64,000 bases of DNA, taken from assembly GCF_027484945.1 (NCBI RefSeq), contig NZ_JAIXRZ010000003.1:8988-72987 (forward strand), in the 5' to 3' direction. The translations under genes and the position numbers were made by a program. The notes beneath the pieces are model-generated. The model ran no database searches, was not told where the DNA came from, and was given only the letters and a program-made list of their open reading frames with translations. This DNA is from Flavobacterium sp. (GTDB lineage Bacteria > Bacteroidota > Bacteroidia > Flavobacteriales > Flavobacteriaceae). Below, in pieces: positions 20,116 through 30,279 of the stretch (the first letter of the stretch is position 1; each line of letters starts with the position of its first letter).

Positions 20116-20925
20116 TTAAATTTGTTTTAGGAATACCAATCCTAATGCCCAAAAAATCGGAATCGATTCAACCCAAAAAGTCGTAAAATACTTAGTCCGG
20201 TTTATAGTTATGTTATAAATAGAAAGTATAATTAAAAGCGAGACGCAGATTTGGATTCCGATTATTTTAATAGCATCAGGTAAATCCCAAAAAAATGGTT
20301 TTTCAAATAAATTGAGGCACCAAAAAAGTATTAAAAAGAAATACCCCAAATATTTTACTCGTGTTACGCCAATTAGATGAGGCAATGTTTTTAAAGTGGC
20401 TTTATCATATTTATAATCATAAATTTCAAAAGGAACCATCAATGCCGTTGCAATACAAAAACGTTTGCTCCAAGCAAAGGCACTATTTACAGGTAAAAAA
20501 GAAACTGATTGAAGCGGCACATAAACCGTCATGTAGCCAATTACTAAACTAACCCAAAATATTTTGATGGCCCCAAACCTTCGGAAATAAGGGTAAATCA
20601 ATACTAAAAGTCCCCCAAGAACAATACGCCATTGCTGCCAATAATCGAGACGTAAAAAGAAAAAAACAAATCCTAATAAAGCAAAACTATTCACCAAAAG
20701 AATCCGTTTTAAATACGTAGTAATTTGTTTTTTTACCACTAAAAAATCCCAATACTTTAAAACTGTGTAGGCCAAAACCGTTCCGAAAAACAAACAGGAT
20801 GCAAAATTAATTTGCAGGGACAAATCCAACTCCAAAAGGGTCACATACAACAAACAAAATACGGCGAGGCCAACATGAATAGAGGACTGAATGTAAAAAT
20901 CAAGATATTTACGCAAATTGATCAT
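20116..20925 (-). CDS. Conserved membrane protein, UbiA-prenyltransferase-like
   Basis: Multi-TM; PFEIYDYKYD...TLP resembles second Asp-rich UbiA motif; start set to ATG 20925. Confidence 0.6.
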   Translation of the reverse strand: MINLRKYLDFYIQSSIHVGLAVFCLLYVTLLELDLSLQINFASCLFFGTVLAYTVLKYWDFLVVKKQITTYLKRILLVNSFALLGFVFFFLRLDYWQQWRIVLGGLLVLIYPYFRRFGAIKIFWVSLVIGYMTVYVPLQSVSFLPVNSAFAWSKRFCIATALMVPFEIYDYKYDKATLKTLPHLIGVTRVKYLGYFFLILFWCLNLFEKPFFWDLPDAIKIIGIQICVSLLIILSIYNITINRTKYFTTFWVESIPIFWALGLVFLKQI

Positions 20926-21099
20926 CCAACAAAAATAATCCAACTTGTTAATAAGCACCCGATTCAGTTGAAAAATTCTCAAAATATTAGCAAATGTGCG
21001 CTATTAAAATAAAAGTATAATAAGTACTTTTGTTGGCGATTTTGAATTCTATTAGCGTTCATTCCAACACAATAAAACCGATTAATTTAGCCCACTTTA

Positions 21100-23943
21100 A
21101 TGAGAACAGATTTATTTGCATCCCGTCACATAGGTCCGCGAGAATCCGACCTTCAACACATGTACCAAACTATCGGAGTAGCAAACATGGAGCAATTGAT
21201 TTATGAAACTATTCCTAATGATATTCGTTTGAAACAACCGCTACAATTGGATGCAGCGCTTTCAGAATATGAATACCTTACGCATATCACTGAATTAGGT
21301 AAAAAGAATAAAGTTTTCCAATCTTACATTGGGCTAGGCTACCACCCTACCGTAATCCCAGCGGTTATTCAACGTAATATTTTTGAAAACCCAGGATGGT
21401 ACACGGCGTATACCCCCTATCAAGCGGAAATTGCACAAGGCCGTTTAGAGGCGATACTCAACTACCAAACAACCGTTATTGAATTAACGGGTATGGAAAT
21501 TGCAAATGCATCCTTATTGGATGAAGGAACTGCCGCTGCAGAAGCGATGGCGCTTTTGTTTGATGTACGCACTCGTGATCAAAAGAAAAATAATGCAAAT
21601 AAATTCTTCGTTTCGGAAGATATTTTACCGCAAACCCTTTCGGTTTTACAAACCCGTTCGACACCAATTGGAGTGGAATTGGTTGTTGGAAATCATGAAA
21701 CGGTAAACTTAACGGCTGACTTTTTTGGTGCGATTGTTCAATACCCCGGAAAATACGGTCAGCTCTATGATTATTCTGGATTTATAGCTGATGCGAAAGC
21801 AAAAGAAATAAAAGTAGCTGTAGCGGCAGATCTTTTGGCGCTTACGGTTTTAACTCCCCCCGGTGAAATCGGCGCAGATGTGGTTGTTGGAACTTCCCAA
21901 CGCTTTGGAATTCCAATGGGCTATGGGGGTCCTCATGCTGCTTTTTTTGCTACCAAAGAAGAATACAAACGATCCATGCCAGGTCGTATCATTGGAGTGA
22001 CAATAGATGCGAATGGTAATCGAGCATTGCGAATGGCTTTACAAACCCGTGAGCAGCATATTAAACGTGAAAAAGCCACGTCTAACATTTGTACGGCTCA
22101 AGTTTTATTGGCCGTTATGGCGGGAATGTATGCGGTTTTTCATGGACCTAAAGGATTGCAATACATTGCTAAAAAAGTACACGCTTGTGCAGTAACCTTG
22201 ACCGATGCCTTAAATCAATTAGGCGTTTATCAAACCAACAGTGCTTATTTTGACACCATCGTAGTAAAAGCAAATGCTGCAAAGGTTCGTAAAGTAGCCG
22301 AACAACATGAAATCAATTTCTTTTACATTGATGAAGAAACGATTTCCATTGCTTTGAATGAAACTACCTCGATTTTACATTTGAATCAAATTATAAATGT
22401 TTTTGCTACGGCTTTAGAAAAACCGTCAATTACATTAACTCAGTTAAGTTCGCATTCGCAACTACCGACCAACCTAGAGCGTCAATCGGCTTTTCTTCAG
22501 CACGAGGTATTCAATAGCCATCATTCCGAAAGTCAATTAATGCGTTATATCAAAAAATTAGAACGCAAAGATTTATCCTTAAACCATTCCATGATTTCGT
22601 TGGGATCGTGTACGATGAAATTGAATGCAGCAGCTGAAATGCTTCCGCTATCAATGCCCAATTGGAATAGCATTCACCCGTTTGCTCCATTGGATCAAGC
22701 GGAGGGCTACCAAATTATGTTGAAAAAACTAGAGCACCAATTGAATGTGGTAACTGGTTTTGCAGGCACAACCTTACAACCCAATTCTGGAGCACAAGGT
22801 GAATATGCGGGATTAATGGCGATTCGGGCCTACCACCTATCTCGAGGTGATGATCACCGCACCGTTTGTTTAATTCCTTCTTCGGCACACGGAACTAATC
22901 CTGCATCGGCAGCGATGGCTGGAATGGAAATTATTGTCACCAAAACGACTCCTGAAGGAAATATTGACGTAGAAGATTTGCGGGCACGTGCAATCGAAAA
23001 CAAAGACCGTTTGTCAGCATTAATGGTGACTTATCCATCTACACATGGTGTGTTTGAAAGTTCGATCATCGAAATCACCAATATTATTCACGAAAATGGC
23101 GGCTTAGTTTATATGGATGGTGCCAACATGAATGCGCAGGTTGGATTAACGAATCCTGCCACGATTGGGGCTGATGTTTGCCACTTAAACTTACACAAAA
23201 CGTTCTCGATTCCTCACGGTGGTGGTGGACCGGGTGTTGGACCTATCTGTGTGAATGAAAAATTAGTTCCCTTCTTACCTACCAATCCAATTATCCCAAC
23301 GGGTGGTGACCAAGCGATTACGGCCATTTCATCGGCTCCCTTTGGATCGGCTTTGGTTTGCTTGATTTCGTATGGTTACATTATGATGATGGGCGCTGAA
23401 GGATTAACCAATGCCACACAATATGCTATTTTGAATGCCAACTATATGAAAGTACGTTTAGAAACACACTATCCTGTATTGTATTCGGGAGAATGTGGAC
23501 GTGCGGCACACGAAATGATTTTAGATTGTCGTGAGTTCAAACAAAAAGGTATTGAAGTAACCGATATCGCAAAACGTTTGATGGATTACGGATTTCATGC
23601 ACCAACTGTATCATTCCCTGTAGCGGGGACTTTAATGGTCGAGCCAACAGAATCGGAAGATTTAGCCGAATTGGATCGTTTTTGCGATGCTATGATTGCT
23701 ATACGTAAAGAAATTGAAGCGGCAAGCGCTGATGAACCAAACAATGTTTTGAAAAATGCACCACACACGTTAGCGATGTTAACGGCAAACGATTGGATCT
23801 TCCCGTATTCGCGTGAAGCCGCCGCTTTCCCATTGGAGTATTTGAGCGAAAACAAGTTTTGGCCGAGCGTGCGTCGTGTAGACGATGCCTACGGCGATCG
23901 TAATTTGGTTTGCTCGTGTGCACCGATTGAAGCGTATATGTAG
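21100..23943 (+). CDS. gcvP: Glycine dehydrogenase (decarboxylating), P protein
   Basis: YTPYQAEIAQGRLE, ATSNICTAQ, HLNLHKTF PLP-lysine, YGDRNLVCSC. Confidence 0.97.
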   Translation: MRTDLFASRHIGPRESDLQHMYQTIGVANMEQLIYETIPNDIRLKQPLQLDAALSEYEYLTHITELGKKNKVFQSYIGLGYHPTVIPAVIQRNIFENPGWYTAYTPYQAEIAQGRLEAILNYQTTVIELTGMEIANASLLDEGTAAAEAMALLFDVRTRDQKKNNANKFFVSEDILPQTLSVLQTRSTPIGVELVVGNHETVNLTADFFGAIVQYPGKYGQLYDYSGFIADAKAKEIKVAVAADLLALTVLTPPGEIGADVVVGTSQRFGIPMGYGGPHAAFFATKEEYKRSMPGRIIGVTIDANGNRALRMALQTREQHIKREKATSNICTAQVLLAVMAGMYAVFHGPKGLQYIAKKVHACAVTLTDALNQLGVYQTNSAYFDTIVVKANAAKVRKVAEQHEINFFYIDEETISIALNETTSILHLNQIINVFATALEKPSITLTQLSSHSQLPTNLERQSAFLQHEVFNSHHSESQLMRYIKKLERKDLSLNHSMISLGSCTMKLNAAAEMLPLSMPNWNSIHPFAPLDQAEGYQIMLKKLEHQLNVVTGFAGTTLQPNSGAQGEYAGLMAIRAYHLSRGDDHRTVCLIPSSAHGTNPASAAMAGMEIIVTKTTPEGNIDVEDLRARAIENKDRLSALMVTYPSTHGVFESSIIEITNIIHENGGLVYMDGANMNAQVGLTNPATIGADVCHLNLHKTFSIPHGGGGPGVGPICVNEKLVPFLPTNPIIPTGGDQAITAISSAPFGSALVCLISYGYIMMMGAEGLTNATQYAILNANYMKVRLETHYPVLYSGECGRAAHEMILDCREFKQKGIEVTDIAKRLMDYGFHAPTVSFPVAGTLMVEPTESEDLAELDRFCDAMIAIRKEIEAASADEPNNVLKNAPHTLAMLTANDWIFPYSREAAAFPLEYLSENKFWPSVRRVDDAYGDRNLVCSCAPIEAYM

Positions 23944-23949
23944 GATTAA

Positions 23950-24033
23950 TTAGTGACTAGTAATTAGTGATTAGTGACTAGTAATTAGTGATTAGTCGTT
24001 AGACTTTGGACTTTGGGCTTTAGGCTTTGGGCT
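23950..24033. repeat. Degenerate heptamer tandem array, 12 units with sequence gradient
   Basis: TTAGTGA CTAGTAA TTAGTGA TTAGTGA CTAGTAA TTAGTGA TTAGTCG TTAGACT TTGGACT TTGGGCT TTAGGCT TTGGGCT. Confidence 0.93.
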
Positions 24034-24043
24034 TTACTTTAAA

Positions 24044-24077
24044 ATAAAAAAACCGCTTTTTTGAGCGGTTTTTTTAT
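24044..24077. terminator. Bidirectional intrinsic terminator
   Basis: ATAAAAAAACCGCT / AGCGGTTTTTTTAT between convergent genes. Confidence 0.85.
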
Positions 24078-24463
24078 AGTTCTAATTTTGTTTGAAGTGT
24101 ATCAAAATAAGCTTTCATCTCCAATTGGGTTGCTTTGTCAAATAAATTGACATTAATAAGGATCGTGGTGTCTTTAGAAGTAATCGTATGTTCGCCAGCA
24201 AAACTTTTATAGGAATTAATTGCACCCAATTGAATCGTTTTCTTCTTAAAAAGTCCATTGAAGATAATATAATCGGGTGTGAGCTCCACCATCACCCTAT
24301 TTTTAGTATAAAAATATTGAATGAGATACACTATTCCCAATCCACTTAACCCAATTAAGTACCAATTTGAACTGGTAAACAATGATGCAACTCCAATTAG
24401 TATATTGCCGATTCCGAGTAGTAATAATCGTTTGAGTGGACTTTGATTGTGTAGAATTTTCAA
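24074..24463 (-). CDS. Hypothetical membrane protein (2 TM + small soluble domain)
   Basis: 129-aa ORF with two hydrophobic helices. Confidence 0.65.
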   Translation of the reverse strand: MKILHNQSPLKRLLLLGIGNILIGVASLFTSSNWYLIGLSGLGIVYLIQYFYTKNRVMVELTPDYIIFNGLFKKKTIQLGAINSYKSFAGEHTITSKDTTILINVNLFDKATQLEMKAYFDTLQTKLEL

Positions 24464-24496
24464 GAGTAAAAAATTATTTAATTTCTAAAATACAAT

Positions 24497-24892
24497 TTAT
24501 ATTAAGCGCTCAAGCTTTCCTTTACGTTTTACAATATTTTTATAATCCCATTGAATGTTTCGGGCTTTTCCCAACCAGCGGGCTAAATTGATTGTATTGA
24601 TTTGCGAAGAATGCGTGTAAAAAATAGAAGCATCTTTAAATTTTTCACCATGAACATTTAATTCTGGTTCATTAAAATCTATCCCACTCCAAAATAACAA
24701 TCGAACACCCCGTTTTTGAATACTATAGCCAACTATTGGATTGCCATTCAAAAACCAAACAGGATGTGCATGCCATATTTTTCCCTCAGCCTCAGGCAAA
24801 TAGCTAGGTATAAGATCTGCTAATTGCTCACAAATATTTTGAAATTCACCCTCCTGATTGGAATTATAAACGTCGATAAATAATTGGCCCAT
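24497..24892 (-). CDS. DUF1801 (YdhG-like) domain protein
   Basis: KIWHAHPVWFLNGNPIVGYS...LLFWSG, QWDYKNIVKRKG. Confidence 0.8.
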   Translation of the reverse strand: MGQLFIDVYNSNQEGEFQNICEQLADLIPSYLPEAEGKIWHAHPVWFLNGNPIVGYSIQKRGVRLLFWSGIDFNEPELNVHGEKFKDASIFYTHSSQINTINLARWLGKARNIQWDYKNIVKRKGKLERLI

Positions 24893-24943
24893 TCCATAAA
24901 TTTTTAAAATAAAGATATAAAATTAAAGTCAATTATTTATTTA

Positions 24944-24959
24944 ATCGTAATATTGCAAT
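24944..24959 (+). promoter_or_regulatory. Putative ArsR operator overlapping ars promoter
   Basis: Imperfect palindrome ATCGTAAT|ATTGCAAT 15 nt upstream of arsR, containing TAATATTG (-7-like). Confidence 0.5.
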
Positions 24960-24974
24960 ATAATTACAAAAGCG

Positions 24975-25304
24975 ATGGGCGTAACGAAAACCGAACATTT
25001 TACAGATGTGCAAAACGAAATGGCAATCAAGCTCAAAGCGCTGGCACATCCGGCACGAATTGCAATTATGGAACACCTTTGTCAAGTCAATAGTTGTATT
25101 TGTGGCGCTATTGTCGATGCGCTTCCTTTAGCACAACCCACAATTTCGCAACATTTACGCGAATTGAAAAATGCAGGACTCATTAAAGGAACGATAGAAG
25201 GTACCGCAATTTGTTATTGCATAGACGAAAATAGTATTGCCGCTCTTCAAGAGTACTTCAATCAAATAAGGAGTCAACTTACAATTGAAAAAAAATGTTG
25301 TTAA
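24975..25304 (+). CDS. arsR: ArsR/SmtB family metalloregulator
   Basis: KALAHPARIAI, CICG, QPTISQHL, C-terminal CC; first gene of ars cluster. Confidence 0.88.
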   Translation: MGVTKTEHFTDVQNEMAIKLKALAHPARIAIMEHLCQVNSCICGAIVDALPLAQPTISQHLRELKNAGLIKGTIEGTAICYCIDENSIAALQEYFNQIRSQLTIEKKCC

Positions 25305-25314
25305 TCTTTCAACG

Positions 25315-25938
25315 ATGAAAAACGAACTTTTTTTTGAAGTCCACACGTACCTAGAAAACTGTGATCTATCTTCACTTTCTTCCGATCGTTTAGCGCTTCT
25401 CGATCCATTAATTGAAACGTGTAAAAGAATTAGAGCTGAAAGAAACCCCTTAATTTTTAATTGCATCTGTACCCACAATTCACGACGCAGTCACCTCACG
25501 CAAGTCTGGGCACAAGCCGCTGCCAATTACTATGGAATACCCTTAACTGCCTATTCGGGAGGCACCGAAGCGACAGCACTTTATCCTGCCATTCTCGAAA
25601 CGCTTCATGCTGCGGGTATACAAAGTCAACTCTTGGCAGCTAGCGAGAATCCGATTTACGCCCTTCGCACGGGTCCAAATACCCCTCCCATAATTGGATT
25701 TTCAAAAGTCTACGAGGATGTATTCAACCCCCAATCAAACTTCATTGCACTCATGACTTGTTCTAGTGCTGATAAAGGATGTCCGATAGTTTTGGGTGCA
25801 GCTGCACGATTTCCTTTACGCTATGAAGACCCAAAAGTTTATGACGGTACTGCGGAGCAATCTGCTAAATATGCCGAACGAAGCAAACAAATTGCAACTG
25901 AAATGCGCTATATAATGCATCAACTTAACAATCAATAA
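25315..25938 (+). CDS. arsC: LMW-PTP-fold arsenate reductase (Bacteroidota type)
   Basis: P-loop [10 protein letters not shown]...A..GCP, YEDPK; lies between arsR and acr3. Confidence 0.78.
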   Translation: MKNELFFEVHTYLENCDLSSLSSDRLALLDPLIETCKRIRAERNPLIFNCICTHNSRRSHLTQVWAQAAANYYGIPLTAYSGGTEATALYPAILETLHAAGIQSQLLAASENPIYALRTGPNTPPIIGFSKVYEDVFNPQSNFIALMTCSSADKGCPIVLGAAARFPLRYEDPKVYDGTAEQSAKYAERSKQIATEMRYIMHQLNNQ

Positions 25939-25940
25939 CG

Positions 25941-27011
25941 ATGACTGTAACAAATTGCACCCCTACTTTGAATCGAAAGCGCCTTGGATTCTTGGATCGA
26001 TACCTTACCCTTTGGATATTTCTTGCAATGGCTTTAGGCATTAGTATTGGCAACTTTTTCCCTTCGGCAAGTGAGCAAATTCAAAATATGACGCATGGCA
26101 CCACCAATATACCATTAGCTATTGGGCTAATCATTATGATGTATCCACCTTTAGCCAAAGTAAATTATGGCCAAATCAGACCCGTATTTCGCAACACGAA
26201 AGTTTTGGGAGCTTCACTTATACTAAATTGGATTATTGGTCCTTTACTTATGTTTGCATTAGCGCTTTTGCTTCTATCCGATTATCCTGAATACCGAAAC
26301 GGTGTTATCTTAATCGGACTCGCACGTTGTATCGCTATGGTTGTTGTATGGAATGATTTAGCCGAAGGTGACCGCGAATATGGAGCGGGATTAATTGCGT
26401 TAAACAGTATTTTTCAAGTACTTTTTTACAGTGGCTATGCTTATCTATTTCTCACTCTTTTACCACCATTTTTTGGTTTTCAAGGATTTGAAGTTGCAAT
26501 TTCAATCCAAGAAATTGCACAAAGCGTTGGCATCTATTTAGGGATTCCTTTTGCCTTAGGAATAATTTCGCGCTATACCCTTATTCGAATTAAAGGTTCA
26601 ACATGGTTTCAAGAACGGTTCATTCCTTTTATATCGCCCTTTACCTTGGCAGCTTTGTTGGCGACGATTGTATTGATGTTTAGTTTAAAAGGACAACTTA
26701 TACTAGAAATCCCTTGGGATGTCGTGCGGATTGCGATTCCTTTGGTGCTGTATTTTGGAATCATGTTTGTTGTAAGCTTTATCTTAGGCCGTTATTTTGG
26801 CGCCAACTATGCCCAATCGACTGCTGTGGCTTTCACTGCCACGGGCAATAATTTCGAATTAGCCATTGCAGTGGCCATTGGAGTATTTGGTTTACACAGT
26901 GGCGAAGCTTTTGCGGGTGTCATCGGTCCCTTGGTTGAAGTCCCCGCCCTGATCGCCCTAGTCCAACTCGCCTTTTGGTTTCAAAAAAAAGGAAAAAACA
27001 CAAAAAGCTAG
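25941..27011 (+). CDS. acr3: ACR3 family arsenite efflux transporter
   Basis: [42 protein letters not shown]. Confidence 0.93.
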   Translation: MTVTNCTPTLNRKRLGFLDRYLTLWIFLAMALGISIGNFFPSASEQIQNMTHGTTNIPLAIGLIIMMYPPLAKVNYGQIRPVFRNTKVLGASLILNWIIGPLLMFALALLLLSDYPEYRNGVILIGLARCIAMVVVWNDLAEGDREYGAGLIALNSIFQVLFYSGYAYLFLTLLPPFFGFQGFEVAISIQEIAQSVGIYLGIPFALGIISRYTLIRIKGSTWFQERFIPFISPFTLAALLATIVLMFSLKGQLILEIPWDVVRIAIPLVLYFGIMFVVSFILGRYFGANYAQSTAVAFTATGNNFELAIAVAIGVFGLHSGEAFAGVIGPLVEVPALIALVQLAFWFQKKGKNTKS

Positions 27012-27046
27012 GGATCGCTATATTTGTGGACTTAAAAGAAAATCCC

Positions 27047-27430
27047 GTGACCGATTTACAAACTCAAGACGATATTTATGTTATCGTCGATACATTTTAT
27101 AAAAAATTATTCGCTGACGTGCGGATCAGTTACATCTTCACTGAAGTGATTCCTATCCATGAAAAACTTGAAGAGCACTTACAAATTCTCGTGCGCTTCT
27201 GGTCGCAATCCTTGCTTGGAACAGGGGGATATGTCAATAATTTGACCCAAATCCATATGGAGGTTGATACCCTTTCGGCCTTAACCAAAGAGCATTTTGA
27301 CATTTGGCTTGAGCATTTTGAAGCAGCTATCAATGAAAACTTTGAAGGATTCAATTGTGAGCGAATGAAAAATATGGCGCACAATTTATCGACCATCATG
27401 CAAATCAAAATCAAACAAAAGAACAGTTAA
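27047..27430 (+). CDS. Group III truncated hemoglobin
   Basis: V..FY, H...L..FW, H, F..WL..F pattern; GTG start after TATATTTG (27019-26). Confidence 0.8.
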   Translation: MTDLQTQDDIYVIVDTFYKKLFADVRISYIFTEVIPIHEKLEEHLQILVRFWSQSLLGTGGYVNNLTQIHMEVDTLSALTKEHFDIWLEHFEAAINENFEGFNCERMKNMAHNLSTIMQIKIKQKNS

Positions 27431-27556
27431 TTTTATTTACAATTTCACAATATCAATTACCCCGTTTTATAAATTCTATAATTTGAACCAAATTTGTGCT
27501 TGACTTTGAATCACGTGGCATTATTATATGTAACTTCGTTGTAAATCAATAGAATT

Positions 27557-28615
27557 ATGCCTATTAAAATTACCGGTTCAGGTTGTTACATCCCAACTAA
27601 AGTTGTTACCAATTTAGACTTTGCACGTCACGAATTTTTAAATGAAGACGGTACTCCTTTTCCCTATTCGAATGAGGTTGTTGCTAAAAAATTTTTAGAA
27701 ATTACAGGTATCGAAGAACGGAGGTATGTAACAGAAAATTTAGTAACTTCAGATATTGCTACTATTGCTGCTGAACGGGCGATAAAAGCATCGGGGATAG
27801 ATCCTGAAACCTTGGATTACATCATCTTTGCGCACAATTTTGGCAACGTAAAACAAGGCGCTATTCAAACGGATATTTTACCAAGTCTTGGGACTCGAGT
27901 AAAATTTAACTTAAAAATAAAAAATCCAAAATGTGTTGCCTACGACCTACTTTTTGGTTGTCCAGGCTGGATCGAAGGCGTTATTCAAGCCTATGCATTT
28001 ATCCGAGCGGGTATGGCAAAAAAATGTTTGGTAATTGGAGCGGAAACCTTATCCCGTGTAGTCGATATCCACGATCGTGATTCCATGATTTATTCTGATG
28101 GCGCAGGTGCCACAATTATTGAAGCAACCGATTCACCCGGTGGAATTTTATCCTATGAAACAGCAACTTTTACTCAAGACGAAGCCTATTATTTGTACTT
28201 TGGAAATTCGTTTAATAAAACACACGATCCAAATGTGCGGTATATCAAAATGCATGGGCGTAAAATCTACGAATTTGCATTAAGCAACGTACCCAAAGCG
28301 ATGGCAAGTTGTTTAGAAAAAAGTGGGTACGCCATTGGTCAGGTTAAAAAAATATTGATTCACCAAGCCAATGAAAAAATGGATGAAGCTATTATTCATC
28401 GCTTTTATAAATTATACCAACAATCTCCTCCAGAAGGTATTATGCCCATGAGCATCCATAAATTAGGAAACAGCAGTGTAGCTACGGTACCAACCTTGTA
28501 TGATTTATTGATCAATGGAAAAATTGAAAATCAAGAACTCCATCCCGGGGATGTTATTCTATTTGCCTCTGTTGGCGCAGGGATGAATATTAATGCGATT
28601 GCTTATCAAATTTAA
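27557..28615 (+). CDS. 3-oxoacyl-ACP synthase III family protein (FabH-like)
   Basis: GCPGW catalytic Cys, HQAN, GNSSVATVP, SVGAGM. Confidence 0.88.
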   Translation: MPIKITGSGCYIPTKVVTNLDFARHEFLNEDGTPFPYSNEVVAKKFLEITGIEERRYVTENLVTSDIATIAAERAIKASGIDPETLDYIIFAHNFGNVKQGAIQTDILPSLGTRVKFNLKIKNPKCVAYDLLFGCPGWIEGVIQAYAFIRAGMAKKCLVIGAETLSRVVDIHDRDSMIYSDGAGATIIEATDSPGGILSYETATFTQDEAYYLYFGNSFNKTHDPNVRYIKMHGRKIYEFALSNVPKAMASCLEKSGYAIGQVKKILIHQANEKMDEAIIHRFYKLYQQSPPEGIMPMSIHKLGNSSVATVPTLYDLLINGKIENQELHPGDVILFASVGAGMNINAIAYQI

Positions 28616-28806
28616 TAGGGAATTGTTCGATTATAAATCATTGCATTTATCGTTACCAAATGAAAAAAATCACCCAATTAACCTATACCACTATTCTACA
28701 CGAACCAAAGGAACACATTAATGGATTTGAAGTGTAAAAAAATAGTAAAACCCTAAATTATTTATAATTTTGTTGTGCTTCAATACTAAATTGAACCACC
28801 AATTTC

Positions 28807-29331
28807 ATGTACGAGAAAACCTATCCCTCCAAACGATTCCGAATCACGTTGGAATTTTTAAAAAAACATGTGCCTTCCCATGAACGCATTTTTGATTTAG
28901 GCGTGCCCAACCCTTTTTCTAGAATCATGGAGGAAAATGGCTATTCGGTTGCAAATACTACTGGAGAAGATATTGACAATAATCCTTCAGCATTACAAAC
29001 CGCCGATTATGATGTATTTACAGCTTTTGAAATTTTTGAGCATTTATTAAATCCATATACTGTGCTGCAAAATGTAAAAGCAAACAAAATTCTTATTTCC
29101 GTTCCGTTACGGCTATGGTTCTCACCAGCCTATCGCAGTAAAACAGACCCTTGGGACCGGCATTATCATGAATTTGAAGATTGGCAATTGGATTGGTTGC
29201 TAGAAAAATCGGGATTTACCATTGTAGATCGTGTTCAATTTACCCACCCAGTAAAAAAATTAGGAATTCGGCCGTTACTTCGTTGGTTTACCCCACGTTA
29301 TTATTTGGTATATGCTGTACGTGTGCCATAG
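28807..29331 (+). CDS. Small class I SAM-dependent methyltransferase-like protein
   Basis: IFDLG motif I, FEIFEHLLNP, H..EF. Confidence 0.7.
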   Translation: MYEKTYPSKRFRITLEFLKKHVPSHERIFDLGVPNPFSRIMEENGYSVANTTGEDIDNNPSALQTADYDVFTAFEIFEHLLNPYTVLQNVKANKILISVPLRLWFSPAYRSKTDPWDRHYHEFEDWQLDWLLEKSGFTIVDRVQFTHPVKKLGIRPLLRWFTPRYYLVYAVRVP

Positions 29332-29346
29332 AAACACATTCTAGCT

Positions 29347-30204
29347 ATGAACTATTGCATTATCATTCCTACCTTTAACGAAGAAAAATATATTGCGTTA
29401 ACATTGCAATCGATTGTTGAGCAAACGGTATTACCAACACAAGTAATTGTTGTAAATGATGGTTCTACCGATAGTACTCCTGAAATAGTCCAATCATTTG
29501 TTAATGCGTATCCATTTATTTCTTTAGTAAACAAAACTTCAGAAGCAGTTCACCTTCCGGGGAGCAAGGTAATTCATGCGTTTCACTGGGGCGAAAAACA
29601 CCTCTCTACCCCCTATGATATACTTGTAAAAGTGGATGGTGATTTAATTTTCCCTTCCCATTATTTTGAAACCATACGGAACCATTTTGTGAACGATAAT
29701 CAAATTGGTATGGCTGGTGGTTTTTGTTACATAGAAAAAAACAACACATGGGTTTTGGAAAATTTAACCGACAAAGACCATATCCGCGGAGCTTTAAAAG
29801 CCTATCGAAAAGAGGCGTACCAACAAATTGGTGGTTTACGAGCGCAAATGGGCTGGGATACCGTAGATGAATTATTGTGTACTTTTTATGGTTGGAAAAT
29901 CAAAACAGACTCCTCATTGCATGTAAAACATCTAAAACCAACCGGCGCGAGTTATAATAAGGCCGCTCGTTTTAAACAAGGAGAAGCTTTTTACTGCCTC
30001 GGCTACGGATTTTGGATTACGCTAATCGCTTCTTTAAAATTGGCTTTACGCAAAAAGAAGTTTCGGTTAACACTTGATTATATTCGGGGGTTTTGGAAAG
30101 CAAAAAAGAGTCAAAAGCCTTTAATGGTGACACCCGAACAAGCACGATTTATAAGAGCATACCGTTGGAAGGGGATGAAAGCGAAATTACTTTCAATTTT
30201 TTAA
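29347..30204 (+). CDS. Glycosyltransferase family 2
   Basis: IIIPTFNEE, VNDGSTD, DxD (DGD). Confidence 0.88.
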   Translation: MNYCIIIPTFNEEKYIALTLQSIVEQTVLPTQVIVVNDGSTDSTPEIVQSFVNAYPFISLVNKTSEAVHLPGSKVIHAFHWGEKHLSTPYDILVKVDGDLIFPSHYFETIRNHFVNDNQIGMAGGFCYIEKNNTWVLENLTDKDHIRGALKAYRKEAYQQIGGLRAQMGWDTVDELLCTFYGWKIKTDSSLHVKHLKPTGASYNKAARFKQGEAFYCLGYGFWITLIASLKLALRKKKFRLTLDYIRGFWKAKKSQKPLMVTPEQARFIRAYRWKGMKAKLLSIF

Positions 30205-30279
30205 CTTCTGTTATTTGAAGGAATTTAAAACCGTTGCTACATTCAAAAATAAGCGCTATTTTTGGACCTATACACAATT

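Noticed and set aside
20983-21099. Glycine riboswitch upstream of gcvP
   Set aside because: Leader is short and AT-rich and lacks the GGAGA...CCGAAG...CUCUCAGG aptamer core.
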